A stretch of DNA of 63,928 nt, filler included, from Octopus bimaculoides (GCF_001194135.2; 8 parts of 8 records of this genome joined end to end with filler, not necessarily neighbours in it), one strand, 5' to 3'. Positions 36,860 through 50,445 are shown, counted from the whole stretch's first letter. A program made the numbers and translations. Notes: generated by a model from the sequence alone, not told the origin.

Positions 36860-38380
36860 AGCGAGTCTTAGAGTCTTTGTCCAGCGAGTCTTAGAGTATT
36901 TGCCCGATTTGGTATGCAAAGCTTGCAACGTCCTCTCCCGTTTATATAGGATGCTGGCGACTCTACGATCCTCCATTTAATATAGTCTGGGGTTCCTTCA
37001 TCCTTAACGCTCCACACATGGCTGGCCAGAGATGTGATGTAACATATTTCCGGAACACTAAAAGAGGACCTGTGGTTGTACAAGCACGCTTAAGGTGGTT
37101 CTGGCGGACTTAATGTATCTCCGAACTTGAGTGCTAGTTGTGTTCCCGCCTCTGGCGTATCTTCCGTTGGCTTCGGGCCTGGAGTTGCTGATGCTGCTAC
37201 TGCTGGAGTGTCATCGGTGCTGTTATTACAGGGCGTCAGTTCGACGAGATCGCTGCCGCTGTTGCCGTTGCAGTAGCCATCCCCGGCCGTAGTGTTGGTG
37301 TTGCTGCTGTTGTTGCTGATGGTGTTGTGGCTGCCGTTGCTGTTAATTCTGGGCGTAGGACTGGTGGCTCCGCCAGTGCTGACGTGGTCATCAGCTCTGG
37401 CTGGAGCACTGGTGCTTGTACTTCGGTCGTTGCTGGTGTTTCTGCCGCCATTTCCCCCTCCACCGTCACCATTGTTGTTGTCAGTGTTGCTGGATGAGCC
37501 GCTGCAGTTGTAGTTGTCGGTGTTGGTGTTTCTGCTGCTTAATGCATTGCTGCGCCCCCGCAGTTACCATTGTTGTCGTCGATGTTGTTGGATGAGCCGC
37601 TGCTGCTACTACGCTGATTGTTAAGGCTGGATATCACCACAGCCCCATACACGACTCCCTCAACCCCGGATTCCCCATGCCCCCCCAACTGGGCAGTCAT
37701 TGTGCTCCCTGCATGAGCAACCAGCTCCTGCTCGCGTATTATGGGTGTTTTCCAATATTCTTTTTATGATGGGTGTGCAACTAAAGGAGATCCTTAGGTT
37801 CTGCCTATTCGACAAATGTCAGGACCTGTGTGCCTGCGTGAAGTGCTTGTCTACTAACCTAAGGCACATTCTTTCCACAAATGTTTAAACGCCGAGTGAG
37901 AAGGGTGGGACAAACCAAACAACATTTCGGCGGCGTTTCCTTTTGCGGGTGTTAGAGCTCGGCATATACGAGACGTGGTCCTTAAACCCATTGGACGCCA
38001 GGGCGTCATTGTAATAGGTGTCGCGACGTCGAAAATTTCTTAAATCGAGGACAGATTCGATATCATCTTGCTGACACCCTTCACAAGGTTCATCAACACG
38101 ATAGGTGGGTAGCAAGAGGCTGTGCTGATGTAGAACAGCCTCTCGTTTAGCTTGTGGTAGGGCCTGTATGAACCGGAGCCCAAGTCTAGCGTGACACCTA
38201 GGAAGTCTACGATGGTGAGGCTGGTGTCAATTGTTATTTTAAGTCCCATGAATCCTAGGGCACTAGTAACGTCCTTTCTTAGTCTATCAAGGGTGTGCCT
38301 ATTGGCTCTTCTAGAAATGGCCAGAGCGTCATCTCTGTAGAGACCAAAGAAGACTAAAGGGAACTTCTTCCCAAACATTA
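36860..38380 (-). mobile_element. Penelope-like retroelement (RT C-terminal part, thumb, GIY-YIG), degenerate
   Basis: GLYRDDALAI, VDFLGVTLDL, RRRNVVWFVPPFS, CPVGG, GVVY...YI, YNHRSSF, HVWSVKD, IKWRI, GRCKLC. Confidence 0.9.
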
Positions 38381-38505
38381 TATGCCCGCAACCACTGGGT
38401 TTTGAAGAAGTCGTCTATAAAATTAAGCACTTTATGGATGCGAAACCATTGGTTACTCTATGATCAGACATAATTAACTTCATGTAAATACATACATACA
38501 TACAT

Positions 38506-38579
<74 letters not shown>

Positions 38580-38804
38580 NNNNNNNNNNNNNNNNNNNNN
38601 NNNNNNNNNNNNNNNNNNNNNNNNNNNNNNNNNNNNNNNNNNNNNNNNNNNNNNNNNNNNNNNNNNNNNNNNNNNNNNNNNNNNNNNNNNNNNNNNNNNN
38701 NNNNNNNNNNNNNNNNNNNNNNNNNNNNNNNNNNNNNNNNNNNNNNNNNNNNNNNNNNNNNNNNNNNNNNNNNNNNNNNNNNNNNNNNNNNNNNNNNNNN
38801 NNNN

Positions 38805-38840
<36 letters not shown>

Positions 38841-38854
38841 TTATATTTACGAAG

Positions 38855-39012
38855 GGCGTCTTTCAGCTTCCTTCTACCAAATCCATTCACAAGGCTTTGG
38901 TCGGCCTGAGGCTATAGTAGAAGACACTTGGCCAAGGTGCCACGCAGTGGGACTGAATCCAGAACCATGTGCTTGGGAAGCAAGCTCTTACCACACAGAC
39001 ACTCCTGCACCA
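38855..39012 (-). mobile_element. SINE (family also at 45440-45570 +)
   Basis: Minus strand gtgtggtaagagcttgcttcccaagcacatggttctggattcagtcccactgcgtggcaccttggccaagtgtcttctactatagcc. Confidence 0.75.
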
Positions 39013-39131
39013 CAAATATATATATATACATGTGTGTGTGTACATATATGTGTACATATATATGTGTATATATATGTGTGTGTATATATGTGTATATATA
39101 TGTATATATGTATACACATATATATGTGTAC

Positions 39132-39181
<50 letters not shown>

Positions 39182-39396
39182 ATCTATATATATATGCATA
39201 TATATATGTGTGTATATATATGTGTACACGTATATATCATTTTCATCGATGAGTTCATGAAACTTGGTTCTTTTCCCTAAAACTATATATTTATATTTCA
39301 TACTGTGAAACTTAATTTAATTTTAATTTTTAATAAATTGAGTTTAATTGAGTTTTTACCTGTAAATTTGGATTTTTATCCCTAATATTATTATTA

Positions 39397-39434
<38 letters not shown>

Positions 39435-39982
39435 GTATATATATATNNNNNNNNNNNNNNNNNNNNNNNNNNNNNNNNNNNNNNNNNNNNTTAATTAATT
39501 AANNNNNNNNNNNNNNNNNNNNNNNNNNNNNNNNNNNNNNNNNNNNCCCACCTCTCATCCCACCCACCTCTCCTCTCCGGCTCCGACTCCTACTTCTCTG
39601 TACTTCTCTTCACTCCTACTTCTCTTCACCCCTACTCTTTCTCTCTTCTCTCTTACTCTCTCTCTCACTCTCTTCTTCTTTCTTCTCTCTTACTCTCTCT
39701 CTTCCTCTCTTCCTCTCTTCCTCTCTTCCTCTCTTTCTCTCTCCTCACTTTCTCCCTCCTCCCATACCCACCTTCCCTCTCTCTTATATCCACCTTCCCC
39801 TTCCCCCTTCATCGTCACCCCTTCCCCTTTATCGTCAACCCTCCCTCATAAGCTCATCCCACTCCAACACACTCCTACCCTANNNNNNNNNNNNNNNNNN
39901 NNNNNNNNNNNNNNNNNNNNNNNNNNNNNNNNNNNNNNNNNNNNNNNNNNNNNNNNNNNNNNNNNNNNNNNNNNNNNNNNNN

Positions 39983-41175
39983 GCCCTGATGGATTCCCAG
40001 CAATCCTTCTAAAAGTATGTAAGCGAGTCCTAACAAGACCACTGCAGTCCCTCTTTCAGAACTTCCTTGCAACTGGCAAATTTCCAAGCAAGCTGAAGGA
40101 GAATAAAATATGGCCTATTCATAAAGGAGGTAGCAGAACTGAGGCCAAAAACTACAGACCTATCTCTCTGATCTCGCACATCAGCAAGGTCATGGAACGA
40201 ATCGTCAGAAGAAAACTAATCACCTTCCTTGAAGAAAATGACGTGCTGCCTGACACCCAACATGGTTTCCGATCAGAAAGAACCTGCCTGACTCAGCTCT
40301 TACAACACTATGACTGGGTACTGAAACAGCTGCTCAACCACTCAAATGTGGAAGTGATATATCTCGACTTTGCAAAGGCCTTTGATAAAGTCGATCATGG
40401 AATGATGTCACAAACTGCGTGATCTCAGCATAGTTGGAAAATTGGGAGAATGGCTTCATGACTTTCTGAAGGATAGAAGTCAGGTGGTAGTAGCCAATGG
40501 GGCAACCTCCAATGACACACAAATAGTGAGCGGTGTTCCGCAAGGCACTGTTTTGGGACCACTACTGTTCATAATGGCCCTCTCAGACATGCCTTCAGCC
40601 ACACAGAGAGCCACGGTCACAAGTTATGCAGATGACACAAAAGTCTCACAGGTAATACAGAACCCTGAAGACACTATGCACCTGCAATGTGAGCGGGATG
40701 AAATATACAAGTGGGCTGAAAAGAATAGCATGCAGTTTAATGCTGAAAAGTTTCAAACCTTGTGTTATCAGCATGCAAATCTAAATGCAATATCCATATG
40801 TATTTACACTGGACCTGGAGGGATTGCAATCGCAGAGGCACGGTCAGTGCGAGACCTGGGCATTTACATGAGTAATGATGCATCCTTTCATATGCATGTT
40901 GCTAAATTGGCTGACCGGATGGATTCTAAGGACTTTTAGAACAAGAGATCAGAAAACCATGATGGTCCTCTGGAGGACACTTGTCCTAAGCCACTTTGAC
41001 TATTGCTCTCAGCTATGGTCACCAGCAAGTGTCAAATTAATCTCAGAACTTGAGGCAATCCAACGAAGCTACACGAAGATAGCCTCTATGCAGCATATAA
41101 GGTATTGGGAAAGACTCAAGAGATTAAGTCTCCATTCCTTAGAGCGTAGGCGAGAAAGATATGCCATAATATACA
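39983..41175 (+). mobile_element. CR1/L2-group LINE RT fragment
   Basis: PDGFPA, NYRPISL, QHGFRS, YLDFAKAFDKVDHG, SGVPQGTVLGPLLF, YADDTK, HFDYCSQLWSP, SLERRRER; several frameshifts. Confidence 0.9.
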
Positions 41176-41518
41176 TCACAATAGTAACAACAATAATGTA
41201 ATGACTATCACCCCAATAATATAAATATAATATATGTATCTGTATTTGTATGTATGTATATATATGTATTTCTCTTTTTATGTGTATTTTCAGTTCTAAA
41301 AAACTGTACCCCTCTCAAACTCCATTATTTTTCGATTATACTATTATTTCTCTTTCTCTTTTTATGCATTCTCTAATAAGAATATTGTACTACACCTACT
41401 AATAACTAATTCTGTTATAAGTATGTACATGCATATATACACGCATGTGGGTATGTATATGTATGTATGGGTGTGTATGTATATATGTAAATGTATATAT
41501 ATATATTTATAGATGCAT

Positions 41519-41640
41519 AAATTAGCCCTATGAACTTCTTTGACTGTCTTATAAAACTCTCTAACGAACCACATATTCATATATGCCTAAATTAACCCTA
41601 TAAACTTCTTGGACTATCTTATAAAACTCTCTGACGAAGC
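41519..41640. repeat. Two-copy ~70 bp tandem repeat
   Basis: taaatta(g/a)ccctat(g/a)aacttctt(t/g)gact(g/a)tcttataaaactctct(a/g)acgaa occurs twice. Confidence 0.8.
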
Positions 41641-42446
41641 CTAAAGGCATACCCAACTAACATAATTTTATCTACAGATTACTACAATACACTGAAAAGA
41701 TGGAAATAACATATGGGATACTGTGACCTCTTTGCTGAAACAGCTGTAAGAAACTGCTCTTCTTTCTCTATTCTAGAAATTGCTAATACTTTACACGTAC
41801 TTATATATTATCTGGACTGTTCAAAATAAATAAATAAATAGACATTATATAATGTCTAACAGCTGATGAATACTACCTCTGGATTCCCTCCATTTTCTTT
41901 TTACTATATAAATTAAGGGTAAAACCACTTATTACCCTCACCTAATTATTATACTCAGTGGGGTAATTGCCACGCAATAACCAACACTTGTGTATTAATT
42001 AGGTTTNNNNNNNNNNNNNNNNNNNNNNNNNNNNNNNNNNNNNNNNNNNNNNNNNNNNNNNNNNNNNNNNNNNNNNNNNNNNNNNNNNNNNNNNNNNNNN
42101 NNNNNNNNNNNNNNNNNNNNNNNNNNNNNNNNNNNNNNNNNNNNNNNNNNNNNNNNNNNNNNNNNNNNNNNNNNNNNNNNNNNNNNNNNNNNNNNNNNNN
42201 NNNNNNNNNNNNNNNNNNNNNNNNNNNNNNNNNNNNNNNNNNNNNNNNNNNNNNNNNNNNNNNNNNNNNNNNTATATATATATGTGTGTGTGTGTGTGTG
42301 TGCGCGCGCGCGTGTGTGTGCGCGCGTGTGTGTGCGCGCGTGTGCGTGTGTGTGTCTGTGTGTGTCTGTGTGTGTCTGTGTATGTATGTATGTATGTATG
42401 TATGTATGTATGTATGTATGTATGTATGTATGTATGTATGTATGTA

Positions 42447-43375
42447 TGAAACAGCTGTTTGACCATTCAGATCTCAGCGTGACATACCTTGACTTCGCAA
42501 AGGCATTTGATTAGGTAGATCATGGCATGATAAGCTACGAGGCCTTGCCATTGCTTGTAAACTGGGAGATTAATGCCGGAAAATTTGAAGCACTGCACTA
42601 TCAACTCTCGAATACAGTATAATCTACATTTATAGGACTCGAAGGCACTAGAATCCCAGAGTCACAAGCAGTGAAAGACTTGAGGATCAGTGTGTGCAAT
42701 GATGCGTCATTTCATATGCACATTAGCAAGATGGCAGCAAAGTGCAGACAACTGGCAGGATGGATTCTGAGGTCCTGCAAGACAAGAGACCAAGAAACTA
42801 TGTTGATCCTGTGGAGAATCTTTGTTTTCAGCCGCCTGGACTACTGCTCCCAGATATGGTAACCACATAGTGCCAAACTAACAGCGGAGCTTGAAGCAGT
42901 CCAATGCCACTACGCTAAAAAGATTGAAACAGTGTAGCGGATGAGCTACAGGGATAGGCTGAGAAAACTACAGCTTTACTCCCTGGAGCGAAGGCGTGAG
43001 AGATATGCAATAATATATATACGGAAAATCCTAGAAGAGCTAGTACCTAACTTTGGCATTCAGTGTTATACAAATACCAGAACTGGCTGCCATTTTATTG
43101 TACCAAAGCTACCATCCACATCTAAATTCAGGACCAGGTACTGCAATAGTCTAGGGTTCAAAGGCCCACAGCTCTTCAATTCCCTGCACCAAAAATTAAG
43201 AAATTTGTGTAAGGTGGAAGCAGATGTCTTCAAAAAGGAACTAGACATGCTCTCCACAATACCGGATGAACCAACAGCTCGACATGAGGTACAGACGAGG
43301 GCAGCGAAATCAAACTTCCTTATACACCAAATGTACCAACAGCAGGGACAAAGTCACATACAAGAATGGTGATGT
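42447..43375 (+). mobile_element. Second CR1/L2-group LINE fragment (internally deleted, 3' end)
   Basis: YLDFAKAFD, RLDYCSQIW, LQLYSLERRRERY, GPQLFNSL, IPDEP. Confidence 0.85.
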
Positions 43376-43739
43376 GAAATACCCAGAGTGAAGTAGTCAG
43401 AAAGACTATGGTGGTGCTTCAGCATGACCAAAGCCGCATGGATGAAACGAGTAAAAGGCTAAAATAGTATATATATATGGTGATTGTCTACTCCTTATGC
43501 AGAGTTTGACCACCTCCTGTACCAAACACCTTAGCACCATCAAGGCATGTGATGTAGCTTTTTAAACCAGACAATATTCTGAAGAGACACCCTCATAGAT
43601 TGCACATCCGATTTGGACCACCAAGAGCTGCAGATAAATTCTGGTCTTTGTGTCTTAAAATGTCTTTTGAAGCCTCTGTTAGATTTGCAAACCTTCTGGC
43701 ATATCCAGAATTCACAAGGACAGCCAGGTACTTGGAAGG

Positions 43740-44400
43740 CTGAAAGTGAAAGTCTTCCAGCAGAAAAGCATCGGACTATGACAAAGCTCAAGATCTAGTC
43801 GTCTCTACACTACTCTATGGATTTCAAACGTGGGCACCATACCGCCGGCACATCAAACAGCTGGAACAGTTTTACATTAGAAAACTGCGTAAGATCATAG
43901 GCATTTGTTGGCTTTGTGTGACAAAGTGCTAGGCAGAGCTTGTTCAACAAGCATTGAGTCAACGTTGCTGAAAGCTCAGTTACGCTGGATTGGCCATGTC
44001 ATGAGAATGACTGACAACCGTATACCTAGAGAGCTGTTGTACGGCGAGCTCACACAGAGCTCAAGCAAACTAGGAAGACCTAAACAGGTACAAAGACGCT
44101 CTGAGATGTAACCTAAAGTGGAGTGGCATTAGCTCACGCGAACTACAAGCTTCTGTCACAGACAGATCTGCGTCAGGGCCTCTCACCTCACGAGCAGCAA
44201 CTACCTTCGAAGAGGACCGGTGACAACGTGTCAACGCTGCAAGAGAAAACCGTCACTGGGCCGTATCCGCCTCAACCCAATCAACAGACAATGGCTGTGA
44301 TATCTGTGGACGCCTGTGTGCTTCTAGCTTTGGAGTGCGGAGTCGCATGCTCTTTCATCGCTGAGAATACAGACTTTGTCGTCATCGGACACCGATGAAC
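43740..44400 (+). mobile_element. RTE-clade LINE 3' fragment
   Basis: LLYGFQTW, QLRWIGHVMRMTDNRIPRELLYGEL, GRPK and terminal CDICGRLCASSFGVRS finger. Confidence 0.85.
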
Positions 44401-44566
44401 TACCTATCACAGGTCTGTGATAAGTAAATTATTATATTATATTACATTATATTATTATATGATTGTAAATAAAACATGAAAATCAAAGTTGGAATTTCTT
44501 TGGGTAATATATTCATATATATACAATCACACATAGATGTGTATATATATACGTGTGTGTGTGTGT

Positions 44567-44615
<49 letters not shown>

Positions 44616-45142
44616 TGGTCTATGTAGCTAAATAGTTGCATGATCCCCCTTGCAAGAAAGATTATAGAGTAACCTCTCTTTACAAAATTTCTCGAAGCAT
44701 CTGTGTCATGAAACGTGATTCCTAATTATTCATGAAGCTTGGCGTTTCTCTTGGAAGTTTCTAGAATGTCTAGCGTTCCATTAATAAAAATAGCTTGCTA
44801 ACCCTGCTCTTCGCTTCTTAGTCGATTAGACATAGAGTCATTCACGTCATTGCTATGTCCGTCTATTTCTCTACGCTACATGACTGAAAACCACCACTTA
44901 GCTGTTATTTCTACATTTTTTATCTCTGGACTTTTTTGCATAGATTACTTCATTCAACTAGATTCTACATTTTGATTCCATGTATTATCACCGATAAAAG
45001 AAAATATATATTTTTTTATGTAGTGAATATATAGATCTTGAATTTATTCTTCATCTCTTTATGAACTATTGTAATAATATGCTCGAAGCTACATCAACAC
45101 CTTGTACTGACTATATATTTCCACTACACACATATATGTACT

Positions 45143-45186
<44 letters not shown>

Positions 45187-45439
45187 CACATGTATTTATA
45201 CACACACACACACGCACATATATATGTATATACACTCAATTGTAGGATTCATTAGAATCTAGGTATTTTTATTTTTGACTTGTTTCAGTCATTAGACTGC
45301 AGCCAGTCATTTATTTTATCAATTCATGTTTCTGTTTATCTTCAAACAAGGCAGCACCATCTCGGATTTTTCTACATATATAAATATGTGTGTGAGTGTA
45401 TGTACGAGAGTTTGTGCGAGCGCGCGAGCGTGTATAAAT

Positions 45440-45566
45440 ATGAGAGTGACTGTCTGGTAAGAAGCTTGCTTCTCCACCACATGGTTCCGGCTTTAGTCCC
45501 ACTGCGTGGTACCTTGGGCAAGTGTCTTCTACTATAGTCTCGGGCCGGCCAAAGCTTTGCGAGTGG

Positions 45567-45570
<4 letters not shown>
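45440..45570 (+). mobile_element. SINE fragment
   Basis: ggtaagaagcttgcttctccaccacatggttccggctttagtcccactgcgtggtaccttgggcaagtgtcttctactatagtctcgggccggccaaagc. Confidence 0.75.
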
Positions 45571-45635
<65 letters not shown>

Positions 45636-46449
45636 TAGATAGATAGATAGATGTAAGGAAAACAGAAAATGGAGATACAATTGATGAATAACGATTGACA
45701 TCAATTATNNNNNNNNNNNNNNNNNNNNNNNNNNNNNNNNNNNNNNNNNNNNNNNNNNNNNNNNNNNNNNNNNNNNNNNNNNNNNNNNNNNNNNNNNNNN
45801 NNNNNNNNNNNNNNNNNNNNNNNNNNNNNNNNNNNNNNNNNNNNNNNNNNNNNNNNNNNNNNNNNNNNNNNNNNNNNNNNNNNNNNNNNNNNNNNNNNNN
45901 NNNNNNNNNNNNNNNNNNNNNNNNNNNNNNNNNNNNNNNNNNNNNNNNNNNNNNNNNNNNNNNNNNNNNNNNNNNNNNNNNNNNNNNNNNNNNNNNNNNN
46001 NNNNNNNNNNNNNNNNNNNNNNNNNNNNNNNNNNNNNNNNNNNNNNNNNNNNNNNNNNNNNNNNNNNNNNNNNNNNNNNNNNNNNNNNNNNNNNNNNNNN
46101 NNNNNNNNNNNNNNNNNNNNNNNNNNNNNNNNNNNNNNNNNNNNNNNNNNNNNNNNNNNNNNNNNNNNNNNNNNNNNNNNNNNNNNNNNNNNNNNNNNNN
46201 NNNNNNNNNNNNNNNNNNNNNNNNNNNNNNNNNNNNNNNNNNNNNNNNNNNNNNNNNNNNNNNNNNNNNNNNNNNNNNNNNNNNNNNNNNNNNNNNNNNN
46301 NNNNNNNNNNNNNNNNNNNNNNNNNNNNNNNNNNNNNNNNNNNNNNNNNNNNNNNNNNNNNNNNNNNNNNNNNNNNNNNNNNNNNNNNNNNNNNNNNNNN
46401 NNNNNNNNNNNNNNNNNNNNNNNNNNNNNNNNNNNNNNNNNNNNNNNNN

Positions 46450-47630
46450 ATTTCCTGGACATTCTTTTGAAACCTTTCCTAAGTCACATCAAAAGTTTCA
46501 TTAGAGATGATCTTGACATGCTCAATCACCTCCCTAAAACAACAAACGAGGAGTCACTCTTGGTTTCTTTTGACGTGATCAACCTTTATACAAATATCCC
46601 TCATGAATATGCTATTGAGGCAATTAAATTCTGGCTGCAGAAACACCCAGAAACATTTCCTAATTGCATCAGCACAACCTTCATTATAGAATGACTTAAG
46701 TTCATTCTGACCAACAATTACTTCCTGTTTGCAAACACATACTTTCGCCAAAAATGTGGTATCGCAATGGGTACCAAAGCTGCAACAGTCCTTGCGAACC
46801 TCAAAATGGGTTTTTTAAAATTATCCCTATATGAAATCTCACGCCAGAAATTTGGACACCTTTTCTACATCTACTTAATGAATAACTGGAAAAGATACTT
46901 GGATGCTTGTTTCATTATATGGAAGGAATCCTATGAAAAACTTCAAGAATTCAAAACCATACTTAACAACATACATCTCAGCATTCAATTCACTATGGAA
47001 TTCATTCAACAAACATCATCTCCCTTTTCTTGATCTCTTAATTATAAAAACACCTAATAACCAAATCACAACCGACATCTACCACAAACCTACTGACTCA
47101 CAACAATACCTCCTTTTCAGCTNNNNNNNNNNAAGTCCTTAAATGCAAAAGGCAACACAAATCTTTGAAAAACTCTTAACCAATGCCAAACTACATACAC
47201 CACTTCCACCCCCATCAGTTAAAACATGTGCACGCCCTAATTGTGGCACCTTCCCATACCTACTTGAAGGCTCTGAATTTACCTTCAAACGAGGAACGAA
47301 GTTTAAAATCAAAACCAATTTCTCTTATTCCTCTGGGAACCTCATTTATGTCCTCACATGCGCAGGTTGCCAACACTACTATATCGGATAGACGAGCCTC
47401 CCGTTGCGTAGAAGAGTAGCAGTCCATAAAGAACAAATAAATCTCCCTCAACACCGCGAAATTCCACTCAGTGGCCATATAGATTCTTGCGCCAGAAACA
47501 AAAACCCTAAATTCCTTATATTCCCTTTCTATCAATGTAAAGACAGAATCTCCACACAAGAAAGAATCAACAAGGAGAATCTTTTCATAGAGAAATTCCA
47601 ACCACTTCTTAACACACAAACCCCTTAGTG
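46450..47630 (+). mobile_element. Penelope-like retroelement (RT plus GIY-YIG), degenerate
   Basis: LVSFDVINLYTNIP, GIAMGTK, WKRYLDACFIIW, LPFLDL, TDIYHKPTD, NLIYVLTCAGCQHYYIG, RRRVAVH. Confidence 0.9.
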
Positions 47631-48441
47631 ACCATATTTCTCTAGGAACAGACATAAACTTCCTGTTGACAAAGAGTCCATCACTCCAACTAAAGAGTAT
47701 AAAACCCACAGAATTGTCTTCCCTTACACACACTTCCTGTTTTGACACCACACTTCCTGCTTAACACATAAACCTTCAGCCCCTTTTCTTTTTTTAAACC
47801 TAACACAACTTTCAATTCCATGCAACCTAATTTTTCCAACTATTATCTACATGGATTACCATTGAACTTTAAAAGCTTAAAGACAATATAATGTATTGGT
47901 ATATTTATGTTTTTATAGATTATTTTTTTACTTTTTTTGTAAAAAACATTTTCATTCTCCCTCTTCTTGAAAATTTGCCATGCAATGAAAGCCGGTTAGA
48001 AATCTATATTAAAATAAGCTTTCAGTTTAGCATTCTGCCTTATTATTATTTTTCATCTTCCTATTATTTCTCCACGTGTGGTTAATCACAACCCCACTAT
48101 TTACTGACTTATATATATATGATATATAAAGCTCGTTCACCTTCAGATTTACGCTGCGCTATCCAGTAGTATTATTATACGTACTTCCAGGTTTGTGTTT
48201 GGGTATCTGTCGTGTGGGAATTGGTAACTGCAAAAATTGAAGTCAGCAAGAAGGGGTACGGTTGGACATTTATTTTTTATTCACCACAATTGTTTCGACG
48301 CAAGGTAGTTCTCTAAGCATGCAGGTACTTGATTATGTAACTGTTTCACTGCATTATAAAATCTCGTAGTGTTTTCTTAGGTGATATGTAAATATTGTCT
48401 CCGTAAGTTTAAAATCCTCGGCTTGAAGAACATTCTATCTG

Positions 48442-48822
48442 TCTGTTGTGGCCTGAATTAAGTAGTAGTCACTGAGCTTCTGAGGGTGCTTTGTTGTTGA
48501 AAGGCCGATGGCAACTGCTTTGAATATGTAGATCTAGTGGGATAATGATTCTGGTACTGTAAAAATGGTTGCCGTTTTAAAGGGATTGGTATTTTATTTC
48601 TTTGTGCTGCTGATTTGTTCTTCATAGTTCGTTATGCATGAGAAACAAATCAACAGTACAAAGAAATAAAATACCAATCCCTTTAAAACGGCAACCACTT
48701 TAACAGTACCAGAATCAGTATCTCACTACATCTACACATTCAAAGCAGTTTGCCAACGGCCCTTCAGTAACAAAACACCCTGATAAGCTCAGTGACTACT
48801 ACTAAATTCAGGTCACGACAGA
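48442..48822. repeat. Foldback: ~180 bp inverted arms with ~12 nt spacer
   Basis: 48442-48630 is an imperfect reverse complement of 48643-48822 (e.g. gttgccgttttaaagggattggtattttatttctttgt versus acaaagaaataaaataccaatccctttaaaacggcaac). Confidence 0.85.
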
Positions 48823-48916
48823 TATTGTGACTATATCAGGTATCTTTTGCAAAAAAAAAACCTTCTAAATATACATGAATATGCATTGCCCCAGCATGTC
48901 CGCAATCTAAACATGT

Positions 48917-48987
<71 letters not shown>

Positions 48988-49329
48988 ACGTATAAATTCT
49001 CTTTCTATATACATGCGTGTGGGTGAAGAATGAGAGAGTGGGGAGAGAAAATAGGCTTGTAAATGTCGGTCAATATAACATACAGCTAAAATAATGGTGG
49101 AGGTAAGTGATACTTTGGTCATGTTGAATGTGGGGTGACACCCCATTTACCCTTGGGGTAGGTTTGTAGCTGAGTGGTAGATGTGAAAACGTTCTATATA
49201 ATATTGTAACTGAACACTCTCAAATTTTAGATGCAGGTCTCATTTTCAATCAACATATTGCAGCATAAACACTCACCCTCTTCGAGAATATTCTTTACAT
49301 TACTCTGACATTATTTCATGTTGTCCATC

Positions 49330-49434
<105 letters not shown>

Positions 49435-50154
49435 TTTTTTCTCTATGCGTGTGTATGCTTATACACACAGTCTGACACATCATTTTCTAACTTAAATTAA
49501 CCAAAACGTCATTAAAAATTGAATGAAGAGGATATGCAGAAAATATTCCTTTGTAATCCCGTCTCCAATCAGTCTTATGACATGTCATACCAATTAGTGT
49601 TTATTCTCTCTAAATATCTGCCAGTCATCTTGTCTGGCAAGTAATTACGCTTTGTTGAGAAGGCCTAATAAGACTAAAACATACGACCGTGCTTATCAAA
49701 GATCGGACTCCCTCACATGCAACAACCGTATATCCTTAAACAATAACATGTCCATCTTATCAAAAATATTGAAGACACTTTCATTTACAGATGCCATATC
49801 ATCAATTTGTAAAGCAATCAAGAACTGCCCCCAACTTATTACTATAACCACTGGATAAACACTTAAGAAATACAGAACTGCACTATTAGAGAAAAACTAA
49901 AATTCGATTATATCAACATGGAAGTAGAAGTGACAATATTGATGTATTGCAGGCAGAACTGGAAAAACTCATCAATTCACAAACCTCCTTGTACACCCTT
50001 TCTGGTTTCTCATAGAAAACACGTAAACTCATAAAAGAAAAAAAATCGTCATTAGAGATGTTAATACAGTTCTATATTTAAGAGATGAGCAATTATGTAT
50101 ATTGTTTACATTATTCACATTTGACAGATATTTGTTCTCATCTTGTCTGTTGCT

Positions 50155-50200
50155 AACACAACGTTTCGGCTGATATACCTCTCAGCCTTCATCAGGTGTC
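50155..50200 (-). ncRNA. Putative minimal type I hammerhead ribozyme (Penelope pLTR type)
   Basis: gacac-CTGATGA-A-ggctga gaggtata tcagcc-GAAAC-GTT-gtgtt: 5-bp stem I, 6-bp stem II, intact core, palindromic AACGTT in place of stem III. Confidence 0.65.
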
Positions 50201-50293
50201 TTGGGGAAATTTCGAACCTGGGTTCTCATTCCTAAGGTATTTTTCGAAGTTGTAGTTATTATTATTATTATTTTTATTATTATTATTATTATT

Positions 50294-50367
50294 GTTCAGT
50301 AGTTGTATTTTTATAACGTGCTTTCACTTCACTACCGAGCGTAGCTCTGTGCGCCTTGGGTATGTGC

Positions 50368-50370
<3 letters not shown>
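50294..50370 (-). mobile_element. 77-bp 3' end of a Dong/R4-like element embedded in (TAA)n
   Basis: Reverse complement of 61795-61868; TTA repeats on both sides. Confidence 0.75.

Positions 50371-50445
<75 letters not shown>

Noticed and set aside
37236-37513. Mucin-like or Leu-rich ORFs as host genes
   Set aside because: They are alternative frames of the low-complexity insert inside the Penelope element.
43540-43791. Additional ovo zinc-finger exon
   Set aside because: All four Ovo fingers are already accounted for; this segment has stops and frameshifts and no Ovo similarity.
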